64,000 nucleotides of DNA, taken from contig CAXVYR010000002.1 in assembly GCA_963666975.2 (NCBI GenBank), positions 224,001-288,000 on the forward strand, written 5' to 3'. Positions 1 through 8,347 of this stretch are shown in pieces. Under the pieces are notes generated by a model that worked only from the letters and a program-made list of their open reading frames with translations, was not told where the DNA came from and ran no database searches. Both the position numbers and the translations under genes were made by a program. This stretch comes from Terriglobia bacterium (lineage in GTDB: Bacteria; Acidobacteriota; Terriglobia; 2-12-FULL-54-10). Numbering within the stretch: position 1 is the first letter of the stretch; the number at the start of each line of letters is the position of its first letter.

Positions 1-77
1 GTAGCGCCATGCCATCCGAGTTGGCGTCAGCGACCACCACTGCCCAGGTCACATGGATCACCTCTCGGACGCTTGCG

Positions 78-293
78 GCTGTCCTCGCCGCGAAGTCCCT
101 GCAATACAATGCGGATTTTGTCTTCCGGGCTGAACCTGCGCCGCGTCCTGCGTTTGATCTCCCGGACGGCCTTCTCGACCGCCCCCCTGTCGTCTTGTTT
201 TTGTCTCATCTTCGTTCCTTTCAGTCTCTACGATGAGCCAAAAACATCACCTTAACTATTACCCTCTACCTGTCCAACAAGCCCTGAAGGGGC
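78..293 (-). mobile_element. Truncated fragment (left end plus orfA 5' part) of the IS3-family element found complete at 41904-43415
   Basis: Near-identical to 43197-43412; encodes MRQKQDDRGAVEKAVREIKRRTRRRFSPEDKIRIVLQGLRGEDS then diverges; terminal IR degenerate. Confidence 0.9.
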
Positions 294-676
294 GGAGGCT
301 GCTCAGAACCAGGTTTGTTCAGAACGTTTGCTCACCACCAGGTCTGCTCATAACAAAACGCAGTTCGCAGCTTGGCCTTGTTGTCTTACTGCTTGGCCGC
401 TTTCCGGGCGTCTTGCTTTACCCCGCGCCTTACTACTCCAAAGTGCATTTGTAAGCTATTGATAACATGTGAGATAACAGCATCATGGCGCTTCAGCCCG
501 TCACTCCAGCTCTTCCCCTCCAATTCAAATTGCCGGCCTGCTTGGCAAGCAGAGCAGGATATAGTTCCCGGCAACGATCCTCTTCCGAGAGGTTAAGCTT
601 TCCAATAGAGCTTCAAAACTAATTTAGTTATAAAGAGTGGCCTTATTTTGTCGATAGAACATCTTATGGACTTCCA

Positions 677-890
677 TACCGTTTTCGCAAATGGTGTAGA
701 CCGCTCCGCCATCGGGACCAGGCATTCTCTTCGGCTGTCATCCTGAGCGAAGCGAAGGATCTGCTTTTGTACGCGGGGATTGGTCCTTCCCCGGCGGAAA
801 AGCAGATTCCTCGCGGAGTTTACCCTGAGCAACGCCGAAGGGGCTCGGAATGACAACGCGTTGTGGTTTACACCAACTGTGAAAATGTTC
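677..890. repeat. MITE-like element with IS630-like ends enclosing a REP-like palindrome (GTCATCCTGAGCGAAGCGAAGGATCT...GGAATGAC)
   Basis: Ends TACCGTTTTCGCAAATGGTGTA / TACACCAACTGTGAAAATGTTC resemble the IS630 IRs at 16398/17407; related to 58569-58783 and 43448-43578. Confidence 0.7.
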
Positions 891-968
891 TCAGTGGGAG
901 CAGTGTGAAAGCGGCAATAAAACATGTTGTTCGTTAAACTATTCGGCCAGCTTTAAGGGAAGGTTTCC

Positions 969-1928
969 ATGCGGGCAAACGCGCAACGATTTTCATCTCA
1001 AATCAGACGGCAGTTGTCACCGGTCGAGAGGAGGGAGCGAGAACTGTGGATTCTTATCTTGGCGATGGCTGGAATCTTGTTCGCCGGTTTTTTTGCCATC
1101 GCCTTTCCAGCCGCATTCATGGACCTCCGCACGAGCTACAACCAGGCGGCGCCACAGCTTCTCCTCGGCTTGCTGACGCTCGTTTTGCTGTTCGGCATTT
1201 ACCTTGCCCATAAATGTATTCAGATTCGGGCTCTCCGCTTCAACTCCATCATGGCGGCATGGCAATCCGAGGTTGCCGACATCCAATTATTCACCGACCC
1301 GCTCACTCGGGTCTTCAACCGCTCCGCTTTGGACGGGATACTCAGCCCCGTAGTGGAGCGGGTGCAACGCAAGCAAGCCACCCTGGTCTTTTTATATCTC
1401 GATATAAACAACTTCAAGCAGCTCAATACCCATTTCGGCCATCTCTATGGTGATTTGGTTTTATCGGAAGTCGGGGGCATGATTAAGGAATGGATCCGCT
1501 GCTCGGACTGCGTGATCCGATTGGGTGGAGATGAGTTCCTGATTGCTCTGCTGAATACCAACCAACCCGGCGGAGAATTGGTAAAGGGGCGCATTCACCA
1601 ACGGGTGACAGATTGGAACGAGCTAATATCCGCCGAGGAAAATTCTCCTTTGCCGGGGTTTAAGCTGAACCTCAGCATTGGAATCCATGAATTTGACGGA
1701 ACCCAGTCCATCGACCAGGCTCTGGAGGAAGCAAGCACGAAAATGAACTCCGAGAGAACTCAGTTCCGGCTCCGGCAGATGGCATCTTCCTACTCAGGAT
1801 CAAAGAGCCTGAAAGCACAAGCCCCCGCCACGATGGCCGTCCCCGGCGCTGGCGGCTTCGGCCACTTTCTTCCCGAAAGCCGCGAGTCCAGTCGCATCAT
1901 CAATCTACAACCCACCGAAGATCGCTAG
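969..1928 (+). CDS. Membrane-anchored GGDEF-domain protein (diguanylate cyclase-like)
   Basis: Two hydrophobic segments, then TDPLT..FNR, YLDINNFK..N..FGH..GD, RCSD I-site, RLGGDEF. Confidence 0.9.
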   Translation: MRANAQRFSSQIRRQLSPVERRERELWILILAMAGILFAGFFAIAFPAAFMDLRTSYNQAAPQLLLGLLTLVLLFGIYLAHKCIQIRALRFNSIMAAWQSEVADIQLFTDPLTRVFNRSALDGILSPVVERVQRKQATLVFLYLDINNFKQLNTHFGHLYGDLVLSEVGGMIKEWIRCSDCVIRLGGDEFLIALLNTNQPGGELVKGRIHQRVTDWNELISAEENSPLPGFKLNLSIGIHEFDGTQSIDQALEEASTKMNSERTQFRLRQMASSYSGSKSLKAQAPATMAVPGAGGFGHFLPESRESSRIINLQPTEDR

Positions 1929-2076
1929 CACGCTTCTTTTTATTCAAAAGTTTCTGTCGTCCAAGGTTCTTGCGGCTGTAGAGTTCCGGGACAGCTTGCC
2001 TATGACGCCCACAAAGAAAATAGCGGAATATCTTCTGAGGACGCGATTTTGCGGGGATAGGGCGGAAGCGCAGACC

Positions 2077-2736
2077 TCACGAAAGAGCGCCCGGAATCTC
2101 CGCTGTGAATTTGCGGACACGCTCCCAAATTTCTTCCAGCACATCCAGCAGTTGGTGGTCCGAGTCATAGAGAACCAACTCGGCGTTTGAGCGGTCTTCG
2201 GCAAACCGGACCGAAAGACGGTGGTCCACCGTCTCATCGGCGCGTCCGTGGACAACCAGCGCGGGCTGACGGACGTCGGGAAAGGCCTCATACTGCAGGG
2301 CGTCTTCCAGAAGACGGTAGGAAAGATTGCGGACCTGCTTTTCGCCAAAGTGGTACACCTGACGCTGACCCCGCTCTCGCCACTCGCGCATGACATCCTC
2401 GCCGAGCGAGGCTGCCCAGTACCGTGCCAGGTCGAAGGCCGGGGCCAGCAAGACCACGCCCGGAACGCGCCGGAGATGCCGCGCCGCGAACAGCGCCGCC
2501 AGGTAAGCTCCCATGCTGGAGCCGATCAAAACGGCAGGCCCTGCTCCCACCAGCCGGTCCAGCAACGACAGTTGCCGCGAGAGTGTAGTGTTTTCAAAGT
2601 CGCCCTCGGTCAAATCCGGCAGCTGGAGTTCGTAGCCCAGCTCCGCGAACCGCTGGCGGAAAAACTGCCCCTTGCTCGAATCCGGCCCGGAAGCAAATCC
2701 ATGCAGATAGAACAGGGTAAAGTGATCGCTTGACAA
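2077..2736 (-). CDS. YqiA/YcfP-family alpha/beta hydrolase (esterase)
   Basis: YLHGFASGP, GSSMG nucleophile elbow, HGRADETV, SDH. Confidence 0.85.
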   Translation of the reverse strand: MSSDHFTLFYLHGFASGPDSSKGQFFRQRFAELGYELQLPDLTEGDFENTTLSRQLSLLDRLVGAGPAVLIGSSMGAYLAALFAARHLRRVPGVVLLAPAFDLARYWAASLGEDVMREWRERGQRQVYHFGEKQVRNLSYRLLEDALQYEAFPDVRQPALVVHGRADETVDHRLSVRFAEDRSNAELVLYDSDHQLLDVLEEIWERVRKFTAEIPGALS

Positions 2737-2930
2737 GCAGAAATTCCTTCATTCACCCTGGCATGGACGCTCGAACGTCTTAGCAGCGAATCCGCGCCGG
2801 GTGTTTTTCTCCAGATTTCTATCCAGCTTTTATATCCAGCTTTTTATTCGGGGAGCCATCCTAGTCCATTTTGCGGGGTGCGTAAAGGATTAGGCGTCAG
2901 CGGGTAGTGGGGTCACAGATTGGCGATGCT

Positions 2931-3137
2931 CTATCCGCGATCTAGCCGAATTGCCTGAAGGGTAGCATGGATTGCTTTAGCACGTTCGTCCTGGGCCAGC
3001 CTTCGCCATTTTTTCTTCTTTGCTTCTGTGCTAGCCTTATCGCCCATTTTGTCTAGTTCGAGGGCCCTCCGCGTGTGCTTAATAGCTTCGTTGTCGTAGA
3101 AGGCTGCCGCCACTTTGTCACCCAAACGCCCTGCCAT
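2931..3137 (-). CDS. Small basic hypothetical protein downstream of the IS1 transposase
   Basis: ORF MAGRLGDKVAAAF... preceded by an AAGGGGG purine tract; no recognised family. Confidence 0.45.
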   Translation of the reverse strand: MAGRLGDKVAAAFYDNEAIKHTRRALELDKMGDKASTEAKKKKWRRLAQDERAKAIHATLQAIRLDRG

Positions 3138-3151
3138 TTTTTTATCCCCCT

Positions 3152-4096
3152 TTATTCGATAAGTTCTCCAAGGCTCCAAATGTGATCCGTGATCCCTGCC
3201 TCCATCGCAGGCGTTACGCGCAGTGTGCCATGAATCCGACAGAAATTATAGTGAGCAAAATGCAAGGCTAGGGCAGCCTGCAAATTCTCCCATTTCTTGC
3301 TGAAAGCGTAGGTCAGCCGGGTAAGCCTCTTGCACCATTGCCGGAGAGTCCCATTCTGCCTTTCCACATGGCTAGTGCAGATGCGAGCCGGGTCTGGACT
3401 GCCAATAATCGGGGTTGACACGGTTCCTATGACCTCTCCTGGACTGTAACGCTCTCGACCATCTTCTGGCTTGCCGTAGACCTTGACCAGTTGTGCGTAA
3501 TCGACCCGATCTGTGAGGGCGTAATCAATCGCTGACGGGTAGCAGGGGAAGCCGTCCGTGCTAAGCTGAAACGGCCTGTCTGCGGTAGTCTTTCGCACCT
3601 TTGCAATAAATTCGTTTGTGCTGATTTGGTTTCTTTTCCCAAGGTGCCAAGCTACCACCAGCTTCGTGTGCCGTTCGAGTCCGATGAAGGTGTAGGCTTC
3701 CCCGATCTTGTAATTATTTAGCTCAGCAATCCATTTGTGCTGTTCTTTCTTGAACACGAACGACCAAATCTCATCAAGCTGCAAATCTTCCACGGGCACA
3801 TTCCGCAGCCGCTTTTCTAGCAGCCGTTCGCAGTGATCCCCGGCGGCTTTCAGCAGGTTTAGCACTGTCCGCTTTTCCACATGACAAAGGCGAGCAGTGC
3901 CCCTTACGCTGTTCCCTTCCACAAGGCAATGAAGGATCATGTTTACCTTCTCCAGCGGGAGCCGTGCATAGCCCAAGGGCTTGTCCTGAGGCTCGCTGTA
4001 CCGCTTCCCACACTGTTTGCACTGGAATCTCTGAATTGCTTTCTTTCCAAATTTCCCGGCCTTCACCATCTCGATCTCGCAATTGTGGCACGTCAT
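3152..4096 (-). CDS. IS1-family transposase (single ORF: zinc ribbon, HTH, DDE)
   Basis: CxxC...CxxC N-terminus, GNSVRGTARL HTH, LDEIWSFV, STDG, TSHVERQN, LTRLTYAFSKK, HYNFCRIH, TPAMEAG. Confidence 0.9.
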   Translation of the reverse strand: MTCHNCEIEMVKAGKFGKKAIQRFQCKQCGKRYSEPQDKPLGYARLPLEKVNMILHCLVEGNSVRGTARLCHVEKRTVLNLLKAAGDHCERLLEKRLRNVPVEDLQLDEIWSFVFKKEQHKWIAELNNYKIGEAYTFIGLERHTKLVVAWHLGKRNQISTNEFIAKVRKTTADRPFQLSTDGFPCYPSAIDYALTDRVDYAQLVKVYGKPEDGRERYSPGEVIGTVSTPIIGSPDPARICTSHVERQNGTLRQWCKRLTRLTYAFSKKWENLQAALALHFAHYNFCRIHGTLRVTPAMEAGITDHIWSLGELIE

Positions 4097-4222
4097 TTTT
4101 GACCTTGCTTTCTTCGAGCCGGTGAGCCAAAATGACGGAAGGTGTCACAACCTCGTTCTTTGGCTTCGGCCTGAGAATGGCCCCGCTGGTAGCTATAACT
4201 ACTAACGGGGCAGTTATCAAAC

Positions 4223-4323
4223 TGGCGGTGAGGGTCCGATTCGAACGGACGGGAGTCTGGTGTTCTTGGCACCACTCCACCAAATTTACAGTCTGGCGCG
4301 TTAAACCGCTCCGCCATCTCACC
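4223..4323 (-). tRNA. Atypical class II tRNA, anticodon GUA, with Ser-type body and 29-nt variable arm; CCA encoded
   Basis: GGTGAGA-TG-GCG GAGCGGTTTAA CGC-G-CCAGA CTGTAAA TTTGG-[TGGAGTGGTGCCAAGAACACCAGACTCCC]-GTCCG TTCGAAT CGGAC-CCTCACC-G-CCA; A7.C66 mismatch. Confidence 0.85.
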
Positions 4324-4397
4324 ACAGAATCAAAGGCCAGGGAGTTAGGTTTTTGGAACCTCATTCTCTGGCCTTTTGTTTTGTGTAACATAAACGT

Positions 4398-4448
4398 ATT
4401 ATGCAATATTGCATGGATAATGTCAAGGCTTAAAATGCAATATTGCAT
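4398..4448. promoter_or_regulatory. Divergent overlapping sigma70 promoters with two perfect 14-bp palindromes (putative operators)
   Basis: Minus strand TTGACA(4426-4421)-17-CATAAT(4403-4398); plus strand TTGCAT(4409-4414)-16-TAAAAT(4431-4436); ATGCAATATTGCAT at 4401-4414 and 4435-4448. Confidence 0.75.
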
Positions 4449-4469
4449 AAGAAAGCTTTTTGGTGTAGT

Positions 4470-4889
4470 ATGGCGCTGTGGAGGTTCATGGACTATGAAA
4501 CGGAAGATCGTCTAAATCTGATCCAGCAATGGTATGAAGTTCAAGACGACGCCGTGAAAGTAGCCTTTGATTACACGTTGCGTATACTGGCGGCGACAGA
4601 AGATTGGAACGATTCTAGCGTCAAAGAGTTTAAGGTTCTGACTAGAAAGCATGTTGGTCTTTGTGAAATTAGATTCAAAACAGATGCGAGACATCCAAAC
4701 GGTGAACCCTACAAGAGAAGATTTAGGCCGGTAGGGGTATGGCGTCCAGATTCTAGAGATTTTGTGCTTTTGTTAGGCTGTGAGAAATGGGGGATGAATT
4801 ATATCCCCCCAAACGCTTTTGATTTAGCGTTGGATTACAAGACTCAATATTTTGAGCAAGGAAGGGGCGCAATTTATGAGCACATTTAG
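4470..4889 (+). CDS. Putative RelE/ParE-superfamily (HigB/Gp49-like) toxin
   Basis: W.F.DY......N.IQQWY, FKVL...HVGLCEIRFK, RFRPVG, FVLLLGCEK pattern; upstream of and overlapping an HTH gene; start uncertain. Confidence 0.7.
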   Translation: MALWRFMDYETEDRLNLIQQWYEVQDDAVKVAFDYTLRILAATEDWNDSSVKEFKVLTRKHVGLCEIRFKTDARHPNGEPYKRRFRPVGVWRPDSRDFVLLLGCEKWGMNYIPPNAFDLALDYKTQYFEQGRGAIYEHI

Positions 4890-5466
4890 GCAATTGTGGC
4901 TCAAACTTACGAAGAGCAAAAAATACCGAGAGGAGTTCGTTGCTTCTCAGGTCAAGCGTGGAATTCCCTTTCAAATCCGCACGATGATGAAGCATGAGGG
5001 GTTTTCCCAAGAAAAGCTGGCCAAACTTTCCGGTCTGACCCAAGGAGTCGTTTCCAGGGCCGCGAATCCCGATTACGGGAATCTCACGCTTAATACTGTC
5101 ATCAGAGTTGCAGCCGGGTTTGATGTTGCCTTTATCGGACGCTTTGTGCCCTTCAGTGAATTAGGGGGATGGTTTACTAACTTGTCGGAAGAGTCAGGGA
5201 AAATTCCCACGTTTGAGGAAGAGAACAGGGCGATGGAGCAGTGGGGGCCGTCGAGAGAAGAGGGTGACGACTCAAGCGTTGCAGCGGCGATTTCATCTGT
5301 GAACGACAGGTATGACAAACGACCTGCAACCAGAATGGTGGCAGAAGATACTAACGTGCTGACGAAATCGGAGGATGCTCCATCTGACCGGAGGGCGGTA
5401 GAGAATGTACTTGTTAATTACTTGCCCGAGGGTAGGAGCACAATCAATGCGGGGTTATTGCCATGA
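4876..5466 (+). CDS. XRE/HTH_3 antitoxin-like regulator with long C-terminal tail
   Basis: FQIRTMMKHEGFSQEKLAKLSGLTQGVVSRAANPDYGNLTLNTVIRVAAGFDV HTH; overlaps the toxin stop. Confidence 0.8.
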   Translation: MSTFRQLWLKLTKSKKYREEFVASQVKRGIPFQIRTMMKHEGFSQEKLAKLSGLTQGVVSRAANPDYGNLTLNTVIRVAAGFDVAFIGRFVPFSELGGWFTNLSEESGKIPTFEEENRAMEQWGPSREEGDDSSVAAAISSVNDRYDKRPATRMVAEDTNVLTKSEDAPSDRRAVENVLVNYLPEGRSTINAGLLP

Positions 5467-5879
5467 CAAAGAAGGAACCAACTAAACAGATCAACGACGT
5501 CGAAGTGGTCGAGGAACAATTACCATTCCCTCATCCAGAAAATTATGCTTACACGAATGCTGCGCTGATTTCCATGTCAAGCTGGGACATTAGGTTGTCT
5601 TTTGCAGAAACACGCCCTAATTCAGAGGCCATATCCAAGGCTGGCGTTGTAATGACCCCCGCCCATTTTAAGGCGCTCACCGTTGCAATGTTCCAAAACT
5701 TGAAAAGTTACGAATCAGTGTACGGTGAGATTATCATCCCTCTGCCCAAGCAACCAGAACAAGCCAAACCAAAGGAAGAAGGCGTAGTTGAGAAGGGGGA
5801 GCAGGCCGGGAAAAAGGCCGAGACGGAAGGGATGCGGGTTCCCAGACCGCCAATCAAACGCACAACAAAGCCACGCTAA
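5463..5879 (+). CDS. DUF3467-like protein
   Basis: YTNAALISMSSWDIRLSF...VVMTPAHFKAL...L..YESVYGEI pattern; ATGA overlap with the antitoxin. Confidence 0.65.
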   Translation: MTKKEPTKQINDVEVVEEQLPFPHPENYAYTNAALISMSSWDIRLSFAETRPNSEAISKAGVVMTPAHFKALTVAMFQNLKSYESVYGEIIIPLPKQPEQAKPKEEGVVEKGEQAGKKAETEGMRVPRPPIKRTTKPR

Positions 5880-6250
5880 AGCCCTACAACCCCAGCAAGC
5901 GATCAGGTATCAATGCGGGGTTATTGCCATGACGCACAAACTTGGCGCATTGCCCATCGCCAATCTATGACCCCACTACCCGTCATCGGCATCCATCAAG
6001 ATTGGTATGCCCTTCCGAAAATGTTTTTTTAGACAATAACCATGACACCAAAGGTGCTGACTTGAGCCTTGGAGGTGGTCATTACCGAGAGTCACCGTCA
6101 GACTTACGGGATCATAATCCAGATTCCTCGATAGATTTCCCACAAAAACAGCACTCATAGCCCTTTTCCATCGTGAGGCTATGATGCCACGGAAGCCCGC
6201 CTGATTCCCATTTTTTCCAAACTAGAGCACTACCCAAACCCTTCTCCCAC

Positions 6251-6279
6251 TTGACATTTTCCGCCTGCTTCACTAATCT
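6251..6279 (+). promoter_or_regulatory. sigma70 promoter of rplM-rpsI
   Basis: TTGACA-17-TAATCT just upstream of rplM. Confidence 0.7.
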
Positions 6280-6302
6280 GGTTACTCTTTAACATTGTTG
6301 AG

Positions 6303-6764
6303 GTGGTGATAGAAGTGTCAACTTATTTCCCCTCCAAGGGGGAGGTCCAACCGAAATGGTATTGCGTGGACGCGGAAGGACAGGTATTAGGCCGGCTGGC
6401 AACGCAAGTGGCCACTTTGCTGCGCGGCAAGCATAAGGCGGAATTTACCCCTTTCCTAAACCTCGGAGATCATGTCATTGTGATCAATGCGGCCAAGGTG
6501 CGCCTTACAGGCAACAAGCTGGCTCAGAAGGTATACCGCCATCATACGGGCTATCCTGGCGGGTTGGTGGAAATCAGCGCTCAGAGGATGATGGAGCGCA
6601 AGCCGGAAACCATGGTGCGCGAAGCGGTGCTCGGCATGCTGCCCAAGAATAAGCTGGGGAAGGCGATAGCAAGGAAATTGATGGTTTACCGGGACGGCAA
6701 GCACCCCCATGAGGGACAGAAACCAGAGCCTTACCGGTTGCTGGCTGCCAAGCAACTAAACTAG
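6303..6764 (+). CDS. rplM: 50S ribosomal protein L13
   Basis: [40 protein letters not shown]; true start may be a few codons downstream. Confidence 0.97.
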   Translation: MVIEVSTYFPSKGEVQPKWYCVDAEGQVLGRLATQVATLLRGKHKAEFTPFLNLGDHVIVINAAKVRLTGNKLAQKVYRHHTGYPGGLVEISAQRMMERKPETMVREAVLGMLPKNKLGKAIARKLMVYRDGKHPHEGQKPEPYRLLAAKQLN

Positions 6765-6799
6765 AGACAGACCAGCCAGAACCAGTTCGAAAGGAAAAA

Positions 6800-7210
6800 A
6801 TGGAAGAGCAGGCGAAGGGCCCAATCGAGCAATATTACGGAACGGGAAGGCGCAAGTGCAGCGTGGCGCGCGTCTTTTTGCGTCCCGGCAAGGGCGACTT
6901 CCTGGTGAATGGCCGTCCGATGGACGCATATTTTCTGGGGGAGCCGCAGCGGGTGCGGATGCAGCATCCACTGCAGATAACGGAATTGACCGGGAAGTTC
7001 GACGTGCTCATCAATGTGCGTGGAGGGGGCATCGTAGCACAGGCTGGCGCAGTCCGGCTAGGCATAACGCGTGCGCTGCTGGTTTATGATGCCGAGTTGC
7101 GGGGCAAACTCAAAAAGGTGGGTTTCTTAACCCGCGATGCGCGGATCAAAGAGCGCAAAAAGTACGGCCAGAAGGGCGCACGGAAACGGTTCCAGTTCTC
7201 CAAACGCTAA
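6800..7210 (+). CDS. rpsI: 30S ribosomal protein S9
   Basis: [27 protein letters not shown]. Confidence 0.98.
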   Translation: MEEQAKGPIEQYYGTGRRKCSVARVFLRPGKGDFLVNGRPMDAYFLGEPQRVRMQHPLQITELTGKFDVLINVRGGGIVAQAGAVRLGITRALLVYDAELRGKLKKVGFLTRDARIKERKKYGQKGARKRFQFSKR

Positions 7211-7250
7211 GGCAACAAAGGAAACAGCCACTTCACTACGAGGAGGTTTT

Positions 7251-8117
7251 TTGGCGGCAATTACGATGAAAGAGTTGTTGGAAGCTGGCGTTCACTTTGG
7301 GCACCAGACCCGGCGCTGGAATCCAAAGATGAAGGAGTATATTTTCGGCGAACGCAATGGCATCCACATCATTGATTTGCAGAAGACCCTCAAAATGTTT
7401 AAGGAAGCCACACGGTTTGTTGTGGAGTTGGCCAAGGAGGGGCGGACTCTCCTGTTTGTGGGAACCAAGCGGCAGGCTCAGGAAGCAATCGTCGAAGAGG
7501 CCAAGCGATGCTCCATGTATTTTGTGAACCAGCGATGGCTGGGCGGGCTGCTGACCAATTACGGCACCATCCAAAAGTCGATCCGGCGATTGAAAGAGTT
7601 GGATGAGATGTCGCAGGACGGCCGCTACGAGTTGCTGCCAAAAAAAGAAGTCATCAAGCTGGAGAGGGAGCGGAAGCATCTGGAGCAAAACCTGTCCGGC
7701 ATCAAGGAAATGCCCGGTCTTCCGGACGCCGTTTTTGTGATTGATTCTTTCAAAGAAGAAATTGCAGTTCACGAGGCCCGCAAGCTGGAAATTCCGGTGG
7801 TGGGGGTTGTAGATACCAACTGCGACCCGGACAAGGTGACATACGTCATTCCCGGCAATGACGACGCCTTGCGGGCCATCCGGCTATTCGCTTCCAAGAT
7901 TGCGGACGCGGTTTTGGAAGGAAAGCAACTGGCTGCGGAAGTCGCTTTAGAAGAGGAGAGCCGGGCAGCGAAGGCGGAATCCGAGAACCAGGAACTGGCC
8001 GCAGAGGATTCGCAGATGTATTCCCCTCCGCGAAAAGAGCCTGCTGTTGAACCGGCAGGGGAGGAAGACTTGTCCACCGATACTCCCGACGTAGCGGCCC
8101 CGGGAGGCATCCAGTAG
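7251..8117 (+). CDS. rpsB: 30S ribosomal protein S2
   Basis: AGGAGG then TTG start; [35 protein letters not shown]. Confidence 0.97.
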   Translation: MAAITMKELLEAGVHFGHQTRRWNPKMKEYIFGERNGIHIIDLQKTLKMFKEATRFVVELAKEGRTLLFVGTKRQAQEAIVEEAKRCSMYFVNQRWLGGLLTNYGTIQKSIRRLKELDEMSQDGRYELLPKKEVIKLERERKHLEQNLSGIKEMPGLPDAVFVIDSFKEEIAVHEARKLEIPVVGVVDTNCDPDKVTYVIPGNDDALRAIRLFASKIADAVLEGKQLAAEVALEEESRAAKAESENQELAAEDSQMYSPPRKEPAVEPAGEEDLSTDTPDVAAPGGIQ

Positions 8118-8347
8118 GGTTGTTTCACCCGCCCGGGATTTTCGGCGATTCGCCGCTGCCGGACTGAGCGGCTCCCACCCAGTCTTGTATTGGCAAGAGG
8201 TTTTCAAAAAAAAGAGGCTCTGAAATGCGGGCGGTTTGCAGGGGAAAGTAAGAGGCGATTCCGCTTTTGCCTCCTGGAATCAACGTCCCGCAAAAAAACG
8301 CCGCTGGGATTGCAGCGGCCATTCCAAAGGCAGGTTCGTCCGAAATC

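Larger units (their letters stand above)
2902..6235 (-). mobile_element. Putative cargo-carrying IS1-family element (transposase, atypical tRNA, TA-like trio)
   Basis: Terminal inverted motifs GGGTAGTG (2902-2909) and CACTACCC (6228-6235) bracket an AT-richer block between the esterase gene and the rplM promoter; no target duplication recognised. Confidence 0.6.

Noticed and set aside
593-925. 110-aa ORF and similar small ORFs at 43428-43664, 53902-54300 and 58566-58757
   Set aside because: They are translations of REP/MITE repeats
4223-4323. tRNA-Sec (selC) or 8/4-9/3 allo-tRNA that would decode the UGA at 60263
   Set aside because: Anticodon is GUA, the fold is 7/5 and the D-arm is canonical; tRNA-Sec needs UCA, an 8/5 fold and a long D-stem
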